DNA from: Synechococcus sp.
GTDB taxonomy: Bacteria > Cyanobacteriota > Cyanobacteriia > Thermostichales > PCC-7336
Direction of reading: 5' to 3'
NCBI GenBank assembly: GCA_051439425.1
Contig: JBFRWD010000006.1
Coordinates: 1-63,725, forward strand
DNA length: 63,725 nucleotides
Shown: in pieces, positions 48,280 through 57,349 of the stretch
Layout: each line of letters begins with the position of its first letter
How positions within the stretch are numbered: position 1 is the first letter of the stretch
Notes under the pieces: generated by a model
What the model was told of the DNA's origin: nothing
Database searches by the model: none
Seen by the model: only the letters and a program-made list of their open reading frames with translations
Program-made: the position numbers and the translations under genes

Positions 48280-50007
48280 ATGCCCATTCGTCCGCTGCCG
48301 CAAACAACTGTGGATCTGATGGTGGCTGGAGAAGCGATCGATTCTCTGGCGGCAGCGGTGCGAGAATTGATCGAAAACTCACTGGATGCCGGCGCGAGTC
48401 GAATTGCCGTGCAGGTGTGGCCCGATCGTTGGACGGTCCGCGTGACCGATGATGGTTGCGGCATCCCTGCATTAGAACTCAACAGTGCCGCATTGCCATA
48501 TTGCACCAGCAAGTTGGGTCGGGATTCCCTGTATCGTGTTAACACCCTGGGATTTCGAGGCAAGGCGCTCCACAGTCTCGCGCAAGTGAGTGTGCTGGAA
48601 ATTCGCACGTTTGCCACCAACGCAGACCATGCTTGGTTGGTCACCTACAATCGCGACGGCATTCCCACCTCCCTGCTGCCCACCGCAGCCGCTAAAGGCA
48701 CCACCGTAACGGCTAGCGATCTATTCGCCAATTGGCCTGCCCGCCGCACCACACTGGCAAATCACAAAGTTGAGCTACGTCGCATTACTGAGATTGTCCA
48801 ACAAACGGCCCTGGCTCACCCTCGCATCACTTGGTCGCTGCGCGTCAATGACAAAGTCATTCTCGACCTCTGGCCGGGAGATACAGCAGCTGATATCCTG
48901 CCTCAGCTCGTCCGACGACTGGATCGCTCCCAACTCACCAGCCTGACAGCGGAGTCAGCAACCGTCACGCTCGGCCTTCCCGATCGTTACCACCGCCCCC
49001 GCCCTGACTGGATCCGGGTGGCTGTAAACGGTCGATTTGTCCGCTTGCCTCAAGTGGTGCAAACCGTCCAGTCCGCCTTCCACCGCACCCTCCCCCGAGA
49101 TCGCCATCCCCTCTGCATTGTCCACATGCATCTTCCTACCGAGATGGTGGACTGGAATCGCCATCCGGCTAAAGCCGAGCTATACGTACAAGACATTGAT
49201 AGAGTTTGCGATCGCTTGCGCGAGACTATTCAAACAGCCCTTGCAGACTGCGCCCCCTCCACCTATCAACGCTCCAAAACATTTCTATTTGAACGCCAGG
49301 CTACCGTTCGCGGTCTGAAGGAGTCAGGCAATGGGTACGGTCAGGGATTGGACTCAGTACGCGTGTTGGGCCAGCTACAAAACACCTACGTTTTAGTGGA
49401 GACTGTTCAAGGACTGTGGCTGGTAGAGCAACATGTGGCTCACGAGCGCGTGCAATACGAACAACTGCAGCAAGAGTGGGAGTTGCAGGACTTGGAGGAA
49501 CCGCTGCTGTTGTCTGGGTTGGACGAACACAACATCGAGCGATTGCAGGAATTGGGCATCGAGCCCGAAGAATTCGGTGAGGACCTGTGGGCGGTACGGC
49601 AGCTCCCAAAACTCTTGCGGTTGGAAGCAGACCCCGCAACAGCTCTGCAGGATCTTGCTGCCTGCAGCAATGTCGATCTAGCTACCGCCACCCTAGCCTG
49701 CCGGACGGCCATTCAAAACGGAACTCCGCTGTCCGATTCAGAGATGGCTGAGCTGATTAAGCAATGGCAAACCACTCGAAATCCCCACACTTGTCCCCAC
49801 GGGCGCCCCATCTACTTGGCATTGAACGAGTCGGATCTATCGCGATTTTTCAGGCGGAGTTGGACGGTTTGCAGCCAGCCGTGGGGAAATGAAGAAGGGG
49901 GATTGGGAGAACGAAAATTGGGCGATCGCTTTAGTGCCGATATTCTGAGACACGAGCGAGGTGACAGAGAAAAAGGGGAGCGGGGCGACCCATTTCGGGA
50001 GTCATAG
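48280..50007 (+). CDS. mutL: DNA mismatch repair endonuclease MutL
   Basis: ELIENSLDAGA, LGFRGKAL, VDWNRHPAK, EQHVAHERVQYE, ACR, CPHGRP. Confidence 0.96.
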   Translation: MPIRPLPQTTVDLMVAGEAIDSLAAAVRELIENSLDAGASRIAVQVWPDRWTVRVTDDGCGIPALELNSAALPYCTSKLGRDSLYRVNTLGFRGKALHSLAQVSVLEIRTFATNADHAWLVTYNRDGIPTSLLPTAAAKGTTVTASDLFANWPARRTTLANHKVELRRITEIVQQTALAHPRITWSLRVNDKVILDLWPGDTAADILPQLVRRLDRSQLTSLTAESATVTLGLPDRYHRPRPDWIRVAVNGRFVRLPQVVQTVQSAFHRTLPRDRHPLCIVHMHLPTEMVDWNRHPAKAELYVQDIDRVCDRLRETIQTALADCAPSTYQRSKTFLFERQATVRGLKESGNGYGQGLDSVRVLGQLQNTYVLVETVQGLWLVEQHVAHERVQYEQLQQEWELQDLEEPLLLSGLDEHNIERLQELGIEPEEFGEDLWAVRQLPKLLRLEADPATALQDLAACSNVDLATATLACRTAIQNGTPLSDSEMAELIKQWQTTRNPHTCPHGRPIYLALNESDLSRFFRRSWTVCSQPWGNEEGGLGERKLGDRFSADILRHERGDREKGERGDPFRES

Positions 50008-50093
50008 AGACATCCGGGACTGGCTGGAGACAGGCTTGTATGTGGGCTTGCCTGCTTCCTCGAACAGCTTCTACTCCATCGCACAACTGGATG

Positions 50094-50197
50094 TATGGCA
50101 ATCCGCCATAAGGTTTGGAGCACGAGGACAGCTAAACCCTCGATCGACAGGTCAAAAGGGCTAAAGGATTCTCCATAGCTGATTGCGGAAAGCTATA
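50094..50197 (+). repeat. Family A element, copy 4 (degenerate)
   Basis: TATGGCAATCCGCCATAAGGTTTGGAG...TTCTCCATAGCTGATTGCGGAAAGCTATA, 104 bp. Confidence 0.82.
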
Positions 50198-50473
50198 GCA
50201 ATCAGAGTCTTTTCCTCAGAGAAAGAAAACCTCCCCAAGGAGGAGAGGTCGAACATTGCTAGAGGTTTTCCGAATAGAAAGAGTATGGTCAGAAGGTGAG
50301 GAGAAAAGTGTATCAAGCGACTCAAATCGCTGGAATCTTGATGATTCATAGCTTGTCTTAAGATTATGTCGACTATTTTCACCCCACAGAGTGTCACAGC
50401 CCCAGATCTTGAACATCCTACCTGCCACCAAACGTCAGGTTGACTGAGCCACTTGAGCGGGATATTTACCTCG

Positions 50474-50564
50474 CAGCACAGCGAAACTATTCGGGTTGAA
50501 GTTTCTTGTTCCCTTCTGCCAAGGTGGAGAAGGGCTGGGCATGAAGGTTACCGAACTCAGATCG
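50474..50564 (+). repeat. Family B element, copy 2
   Basis: CAGCACA...GTTGAAGTTTCTTGTTCCCTTCT...GGAGAAGGGCTGGGCATGAAGG, homologous to 8040-8131. Confidence 0.75.
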
Positions 50565-50635
50565 CTAAAACCCAACACTAGCCAGCAATCCCGTGACATA
50601 CTGATGACACACATCGTTGTTTAGAACTACTAGCT

Positions 50636-50956
50636 GTGGATCGCACCCTCGTTAAATTCTCCTCAACCGAATGCGGCATTTGCCACAAAATGTCGTTTTT
50701 TGACGAAAAGGTTTCCGAGGAATTAGGCCTGCGGTTTATCGACATTAAGCTTCAGGATGGCAAGACCTATCGTCAGTACCGCGACATTCTGATTTCACGA
50801 TATCCTGACAAGTCCAGCATGGGCTGGCCCACTTATTTTGTCTGTGATGAGCCCGAAGGCGATTTCAAGATTTTGGGTGAGATCCGTGGCGGTCATATGA
50901 AGGGTGAATTTCGCAAGCGAGTTCAAGGGATTTTGGACGAGATTGCCGCAGGATAA
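50636..50956 (+). CDS. Thioredoxin-fold protein
   Basis: CGIC motif and GWPTY cis-Pro loop. Confidence 0.82.
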   Translation: MDRTLVKFSSTECGICHKMSFFDEKVSEELGLRFIDIKLQDGKTYRQYRDILISRYPDKSSMGWPTYFVCDEPEGDFKILGEIRGGHMKGEFRKRVQGILDEIAAG

Positions 50957-51045
50957 CGAATTCACAGGAGTTTCAAAGATACTCTTCTTGAGTTTGAAAC
51001 GGTCTGACTGAAAACGATTTCACCCTCACCTTCACTTTGCAATCA

Positions 51046-51088
51046 GCGGCTGCTCGGTACTTCATCGTTGCTCAGCAGTCGTTTTTTT
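51046..51088 (+). terminator. Putative Rho-independent terminator
   Basis: GCGGCTGCT...AGCAGTCGT followed by a T tract; the loop is long. Confidence 0.5.
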
Positions 51089-51342
51089 GCACAACTAGCT
51101 TTTTATTACGCAACTACTGTCCCAAGTAACCGAGCGGGCAAGAGTGGCAAACCGTTATGATGCCCTGTCAATGTCGGGCCGAGTCTATAGGTTTTGCTAC
51201 ACCTGCATTAGAGCGCCATACAAATGTAAATCGTAAAAAATAATCTGAAGCAGACAGCCAAAATTGATGCGGTATTGATGCGATTTGTGCGGGCGAATCT
51301 TGACATCTGGGTAACTTACCTCCAGTAATTGCCCTCAGCCGA

Positions 51343-54300
51343 ATGCCTTCTTCTAGTGCCGATGCGATCGCTCAATCTCTGAACGAGCAATTTCAAGCCG
51401 ACGATGTTTTCTTTCAGATTGTCGAGCATGACCAAATCCTGCATGTTTATCTCAATCACCAGCCAGGAGTCCAGATAGACTACACCCGCATAACATCAGG
51501 AATTCAGCAGGCAGTAGTGTCTCAATTCACGAGCCCGGCTGATGGTTTTTGGCTTTACAGTCGGGAGTTGGGCAATACTGAACCAAACTGGCAAACCTAT
51601 ATTCAAACCCCACGCCAAGCGCTGACTCAGGCATCATTAAACGATAAGGCAGCGATCTCGGGAACTACTTTCCACGACGAGCAACCCATCGATATGGTGC
51701 AATTAACCGGCACCACAGATGAGATGCAGAGAATTGCTGGGTTTGCGGCTGTCTCTCAGGCTGAAGCTAATGCCGCTACTGAAATTGCGGGCTCTGCAAC
51801 AACCGCTTCAGGACGAGTCAAATCTGCTGACAACGTATCTGATGCTCGGATAGAAGAAGAAGCCGCTACCGAGTTAGTACCGTTTGGCTCAGATGTGCAG
51901 GACAAAGTCGACGACGACGACGCTGCCACAGAACTCGTTAGCGTTGGCGGACATCCTAGTCGTCATGTGGGCTTGTCAGCGGAACGGTCGGATGAATCTC
52001 TGGACGAGAACTCAGAAACAGAGATGGTTCCTCTCTCTAACGGTTCATCGCTTCCCCCTCATCAGGTGGGCAGAGACTGGGATGAGGAGGCCGCTACTGA
52101 GATGGTTTCCCTGAACAACCAGGGAAAAACGCCATCGCTAGCCTCCCAGCAATCAAGCGTAGAAGTGAATGAAGAAGCCGCCACCGAGATGGTGTCTTTA
52201 GACCATGCAGGAACGGCCACGCCACCACAGGGTTCTCGGCAATCTGGTGGTGCTGGCCATTTGAATGAAGAAGCCGCCACCGAGATGGTGGCTTTGGGCC
52301 ATGTGGGAACAGCCAAGCCTTCACAGGCTGTGCACTCATCCGGTGCCTGGGATGAAGAGTCTGCTACAGAGATGGTGTCTCTAGGACATTCGGGAGCGAT
52401 GCCTTCATTGGCCTCCCAGCAGTCTAGCTGGGATGAAGACTCGGCCACTGAAATGGCGCAGTTGCCAGGTCAAATAGCAGCACATGGAATAGGTTTAACA
52501 GCTTCGCCTGTTGCTGCTGATGGAGAAGCTGCTACTGAGGCTGTGTCTCTTGGAGGAGCGGCGGGATCGGTACTATCGTCATTTGCTGGCCAACGGTCTG
52601 GTGGGCTCGTCGATGAAGACTCGGCCACTGAAATGGCTTCAGTAGACGCACCTCAAGTTGTAGGAGTCTCGGCGAAAGCCGATCGCGAGGCTGCCCCCTC
52701 CATCGCGGGGCCAATCACAGCAGAAGATTTAAAACTTGTACTCAATCGCCAGTTTCAATCGGACGGCCTTGGGTTCCAAGTCACGATGCGCGATGCCAAA
52801 TGGCACATTTGCGCGAATCGAGCAGCAGGCACTCCGTTTGATTTCGATGGTGTGGGCGATCGCGTCCGTCGCGAATTGCAAGGCTTAACTGATGCTAATA
52901 TCGATTCCTTTTGGTTCTACAGCCGGACAGCCGGACAGCGGGAAACAGAACGCAAAGCGCTGATTAGTTTGGCAGAAGGGCAAATATCCAAGAAACCGAC
53001 CTCAACAGCTGAGAAGGGAGACACTGCAGGCGAGCAACCAGAGATCGAGTCCGACTCAATTGCCGACCTGTCTGAATACTGCTTTGTTCGTAACCGCTTG
53101 TTGCTGCAAGGGAAGCTGCTACCTCCTTCCGATCGAGTGGCTCAGCTACTCAAAACCTTCCACTCGCTTTCTGATTCCGAGAAGATGAGTTCGGTTGGCA
53201 GCATCGATCGCATCTTTAAAGGACAAAAGCCTCAAATTGCCTCTGATTGGCTGCAAGAACTCGAACAGCTCTCCGATTCAGATCTGCGGAAAGCTGCCAT
53301 CTGGTTCAGTCGATATTGCGAGCAGCCTACGGATACGATTGAGCAAATCAATAAAGTTTTGAATGCTCCTAAAGCTGCACCTACAGCCCCGAAACCCACA
53401 TCTCAGCCGAGCCGCCCTACAGCACCAGCAAATAGCGAAGCGTCTTACCAATCTCCGTATTCTCCAGAGGCATACCAGCCGGTTGCGTCAGAAGATGCCA
53501 GCCTCAGACGAGGGAAAGTTAATCACCCTAAATGGCTGCGATTTGTCTTGCCACTGGCCTGGATGGTCTACATGGCGATCGTTGTCGTTACCGGCTCGTC
53601 CAGTAACCTTGTCTCGCTCGAACTGCCTGAGTGCCAGTCATCAGCGTCTCCACAAGCCTGCGAACTTGCGGCTTTAGTGGCAACTCCTGATGGAGTCCGC
53701 AGTATGGAGACATCAGTGCCTTACACTCCCACTTACGACGAGGAAGTTTCGTTAGTTGAAGCCTGCGAACAAAATGCTGGCTTTTTCTCGGGGAATTTCA
53801 GTACATCTATTTCTAGTACCTTGAGTTCTGTTTCGGAGACTTTACCAGGGGTCTACCTTGTGGATATTCAATATCCCAATCCTGAAAACAGTTCGGGGGC
53901 GATGGCACGTATGGCCTGTGTCACTAGCTTAGATGGATGGGGAACGGTTTGGGATGATGGAGATTTTGAAATTCCGAATGAATGGGCCGAAGAAATGTCT
54001 GGTCCTCAGGTGTTAGCCTTCGACGAGATCCCTCTCACATGGCCGTCAACCCCTTATGAAGGCAATCCATTTGTGGATGCTGTCAATCAAGTCGGGATAT
54101 TGATCAACCCATTTTTCTGGGCAGGAGTCAATGTCTTTTTGGCTGCAGTGGGGCTATTGTTGACGACATCTTTAGGAATAGGTGTTGCCGCCACCTCCTT
54201 GGAAACAGTGTTGATTGTTGCACTGATCTACGGTGCACTTGACTCGGTGTTGGTATCAGCGTTTAACTTTATTCCGCTCTTTAGTTTGTTAACGGGGCCT

Positions 54301-54480
54301 TTCCGTAGGTTTGCAATATTAAGTGGAACGGGAGGAATTTTCAAAGACTTCATGCTCGATCGCAGCAATTTGCTCAAGCTAGTGATGGGATTGACGCTGC
54401 TGTTCTTTATTCAGTTCATTGGCAAATTTGGTCTGGCATTTTTCATGGGAGTTTCTGCTGCTGTCTCGGCATTTTCATAA
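51343..54480 (+). CDS. Large hypothetical membrane protein with tandem EEAATEMVSL repeats
   Basis: 1045 aa; duplicated ~85-aa domain, 11 acidic-Thr repeats, one TM helix, a Cys-containing outer domain and ~4 C-terminal TM helices. Confidence 0.85.
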   Translation: MPSSSADAIAQSLNEQFQADDVFFQIVEHDQILHVYLNHQPGVQIDYTRITSGIQQAVVSQFTSPADGFWLYSRELGNTEPNWQTYIQTPRQALTQASLNDKAAISGTTFHDEQPIDMVQLTGTTDEMQRIAGFAAVSQAEANAATEIAGSATTASGRVKSADNVSDARIEEEAATELVPFGSDVQDKVDDDDAATELVSVGGHPSRHVGLSAERSDESLDENSETEMVPLSNGSSLPPHQVGRDWDEEAATEMVSLNNQGKTPSLASQQSSVEVNEEAATEMVSLDHAGTATPPQGSRQSGGAGHLNEEAATEMVALGHVGTAKPSQAVHSSGAWDEESATEMVSLGHSGAMPSLASQQSSWDEDSATEMAQLPGQIAAHGIGLTASPVAADGEAATEAVSLGGAAGSVLSSFAGQRSGGLVDEDSATEMASVDAPQVVGVSAKADREAAPSIAGPITAEDLKLVLNRQFQSDGLGFQVTMRDAKWHICANRAAGTPFDFDGVGDRVRRELQGLTDANIDSFWFYSRTAGQRETERKALISLAEGQISKKPTSTAEKGDTAGEQPEIESDSIADLSEYCFVRNRLLLQGKLLPPSDRVAQLLKTFHSLSDSEKMSSVGSIDRIFKGQKPQIASDWLQELEQLSDSDLRKAAIWFSRYCEQPTDTIEQINKVLNAPKAAPTAPKPTSQPSRPTAPANSEASYQSPYSPEAYQPVASEDASLRRGKVNHPKWLRFVLPLAWMVYMAIVVVTGSSSNLVSLELPECQSSASPQACELAALVATPDGVRSMETSVPYTPTYDEEVSLVEACEQNAGFFSGNFSTSISSTLSSVSETLPGVYLVDIQYPNPENSSGAMARMACVTSLDGWGTVWDDGDFEIPNEWAEEMSGPQVLAFDEIPLTWPSTPYEGNPFVDAVNQVGILINPFFWAGVNVFLAAVGLLLTTSLGIGVAATSLETVLIVALIYGALDSVLVSAFNFIPLFSLLTGPFRRFAILSGTGGIFKDFMLDRSNLLKLVMGLTLLFFIQFIGKFGLAFFMGVSAAVSAFS

Positions 54481-55299
54481 TCGATTGGCACAGCAAGAAG
54501 CGGAAATAGTTGTAGCTGCATACCCCAGCTGAATTTGTCCGGGCTGAAAAGTTTCGAGTTGTCCGCCCACATCTACTTGCAGTTGCCCATCCGAACGAAT
54601 TCCCTTTACGGTTCCGCACTCTTGCACGTTGGAGTGAGTGTTAGGCAAATCTATTGGGCGATCGCAATGCAGCATTAATGATTGATAGCTCGGTTCCAAT
54701 CCCAATAGGCCGTCTAATTTCCAGCATTCGTATCCTCGTTCAATACCGGCAAACACATCGGCAGCGACTGTGGCTAAATCGATATGCCCGGTGAACAGGT
54801 CTGCTAAGGCGATACCAATGTCTGGAGTTCGGTTGTAGCCGTTGAGTCCTACTCCAGCCACCAGCGATCGCACCTGCCCCCCTTGCAATTGGGCCTGCAA
54901 TAATACTCCTCCCAGCTTGCGCCCCTCTGCCATTAAGTCATTCGGCCACTTCAGCCACACATCCAGACCTCTGACCTTTTGCAGCTGCACGGCAATTCCC
55001 CACGCCACTGCTAACGTTAATTCCAATAGCCGTTTTGCCTCCACCTCTGGATATAGCAACACCGAAGCGTATAGCCCACCTGGTGCCGATATCCACTCGT
55101 GGCCTCGCTGTCCTCGACCGCTCGATTGGCGGGTTGCGATCGCTGCAGTCCCTTCTGGCAATGGCTGGCCGCTATCCAGTTTGCGCTTGCCCCACTCCGC
55201 TAATAGACGGTTGGTGGAATCCAGTTGGGAAAATTGCAGGACATTGCGTCCGCAATAGCGCGAGCGGAGCAATGTACGTAAACGATAGGGATTTAGCAT
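54475..55299 (-). CDS. birA: Biotin--protein ligase
   Basis: LDSTN, QSSGRGQRG, LKWPND, KLGGVL, GVGLN. Confidence 0.95.
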   Translation of the reverse strand: MLNPYRLRTLLRSRYCGRNVLQFSQLDSTNRLLAEWGKRKLDSGQPLPEGTAAIATRQSSGRGQRGHEWISAPGGLYASVLLYPEVEAKRLLELTLAVAWGIAVQLQKVRGLDVWLKWPNDLMAEGRKLGGVLLQAQLQGGQVRSLVAGVGLNGYNRTPDIGIALADLFTGHIDLATVAADVFAGIERGYECWKLDGLLGLEPSYQSLMLHCDRPIDLPNTHSNVQECGTVKGIRSDGQLQVDVGGQLETFQPGQIQLGYAATTISASCCANRL

Positions 55300-55542
55300 A
55301 GGAGCGTATCAGAAGCTAATGAATCGAAAAACTTGTGATAGTCTCCTCCGCAGCCGTAGTGGCAAGGATAGGGATTGGTTGCGAATTGAGGAGAGTGGTC
55401 GAGAAGGTGGCTGTTGCCTCTCAAGACATCGTGCCGCTCGACTCTCATCGTCGTATGACGTCAATCCTCCTGAGCTCTCTCCTCTACTTCAGTAGGGCAG
55501 AGTCGAATAACTGTAGAAATAGCTGTAGACACCGTTCGGTGG

Positions 55543-56367
55543 TTAGCCAAAGTGTCCGCTGACGTACTCTTTAGTCGCTTTCTTGGAGGGATGGTTGAAA
55601 ATTTGCTCGGTACGAGCGAACTCAACCAACCGACCAACACGCTCCCCCGACTCGTCAATTTCTGCATTGAAGAATGCCGTCATGTCAGAAACACGAGCGG
55701 CCTGCTGCATGTTGTGGGTGACGATCGCGATCGTGTAGCTCTGCTTCAATTCTTCAATTAGTTCCTCAATCCTGCGGGTGGAGATGGGGTCCAATGCAGA
55801 GCAAGGCTCGTCCATCAGGACAACGTCAGGCTTCACGGCTAGCGTGCGCGCAATGCACAAGCGCTGCTGCTGTCCACCCGAGAGAGCCAAACCGCTATCT
55901 TGTAGCTTGTCTTTGACTTCATCCCATAATGCGGCCTGCTTTAACGACTGCTCGACCAATTCAGCTAAGTCAGTCTTATCCCCTTTAAAACCATTGATTC
56001 GGGGACCAAAAGCAATATTTTCGAATACAGACTTGGGAAATGGGTTGGGCTTTTGGAAGACGATGCCGATACGACGACGAACTTCGACCGGGTCAATGCC
56101 TCCCTCATACAGGTTCTGGCCGTGATACAGAATCTTGCCGGTCACCCGCGCGCTAGCCACCAAGTCGTTCATGCGATTGAAGCAACGTAACATGGTGCTC
56201 TTACCGCAACCGGATGGGCCAATCAGAGCAGTCACTTGTTTTTTGGGGATGGACATATTCACCCCCTCCACAGCTAAGTAACTGCCGTAGTAGACATTGA
56301 CGTCTTGAGCATCCAGAACGGATTGGTTGATGGTGGCCACTTGAGGTTCGTGAGTGGAGGACAGCAT
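55543..56367 (-). CDS. pstB: Phosphate ABC transporter ATPase
   Basis: [41 protein letters not shown]. Confidence 0.97.
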   Translation of the reverse strand: MLSSTHEPQVATINQSVLDAQDVNVYYGSYLAVEGVNMSIPKKQVTALIGPSGCGKSTMLRCFNRMNDLVASARVTGKILYHGQNLYEGGIDPVEVRRRIGIVFQKPNPFPKSVFENIAFGPRINGFKGDKTDLAELVEQSLKQAALWDEVKDKLQDSGLALSGGQQQRLCIARTLAVKPDVVLMDEPCSALDPISTRRIEELIEELKQSYTIAIVTHNMQQAARVSDMTAFFNAEIDESGERVGRLVEFARTEQIFNHPSKKATKEYVSGHFG

Positions 56368-56425
56368 CGAACAAATCTCCGAAAAAAGCTTGAGACAGAA
56401 TGGACAGGAAAACTACAAAGAGCGC

Positions 56426-57349
56426 TTAGTTGAGGTGGCTATATTTATTTCGGATAAAGATAGCGATCGCATTCAAAGACAACAACAACACCATCAACAC
56501 GATAATTCCAGAAGCAGCCAATTCTTTAAAGGCTTCTTGAGGAAGACCAATCCAGAAGAAAATTTGCAGGGGCAACACCGTAAATTGAGAGAACAAGCCT
56601 CCCCACTCTAAAAACTTGGGATCGAACGTAATAAACGTTAGAGCGCCAATAATCAGTAGAGACGCCGAGTCGCCAATTGCACGAGAAACAGCAATAATCA
56701 CCCCTGTCAAAATGCCGGGAACAGCATTAGGCAGAACGTGGTTCCAAACCGTTTGCCATTTGGTGGCTCCCAATCCATAGGATGCCTCTCTGAGGGATCT
56801 CGGAACAGCTCGAATCGCTTCCCGAGCAGCCACAATGATCACGGGCAAAATCACCAGCGCCATCGTCAAAGACCCCGCAAAAACAACGCGGCCCAATCCC
56901 AACAGGCGCACAAACAGACCCAAACCCAAGATGCCGTAAACCACCGAGGGAACACCTGCCAAATTAGCGATATTCAGCTCCAGCAGTTTGGTGAAACGGT
57001 TTTTGGGGGCGTACTCCTCCAGATAGACGGCAGCTCCTACACCTACCGGGACTGAAAACAGGATGGTGTAAACCAAAATGCACAAACTACCCAACAGTGG
57101 AGAACGAATTCCTGCCGCGCTCGGGTTCATCTGAGAGGGATAGGACGAAATAAAATCCCAGTTGAGATGGGCTGTGGCCTGCACAAAGGTCCGAGACAAC
57201 AGTACAGCCAGCAAGATTAAACCGAGGCTTGTGCCAATCAAGCACATCGTTGAAAAGATATTCCCCACCAGATGACGGCGATCTAAATTGGGAGAAAACA
57301 TCTCGCTTCCAGCCATATCGCGATCGAGGCCTTGAGGTAATCCGGTCAT
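56426..57349 (-). CDS. pstA: Phosphate ABC transporter permease A
   Basis: AAVYLEEYA, NLAGVPSVVYG, REASYGLGATKWQT. Confidence 0.95.
   Translation of the reverse strand: MTGLPQGLDRDMAGSEMFSPNLDRRHLVGNIFSTMCLIGTSLGLILLAVLLSRTFVQATAHLNWDFISSYPSQMNPSAAGIRSPLLGSLCILVYTILFSVPVGVGAAVYLEEYAPKNRFTKLLELNIANLAGVPSVVYGILGLGLFVRLLGLGRVVFAGSLTMALVILPVIIVAAREAIRAVPRSLREASYGLGATKWQTVWNHVLPNAVPGILTGVIIAVSRAIGDSASLLIIGALTFITFDPKFLEWGGLFSQFTVLPLQIFFWIGLPQEAFKELAASGIIVLMVLLLSLNAIAIFIRNKYSHLN

Noticed and set aside
51760..52645. CRISPR-like repeat-spacer array
   Set aside because: The repeats are in-frame, vary at synonymous positions and have irregular spacing; no cas genes are present. It is a protein repeat.
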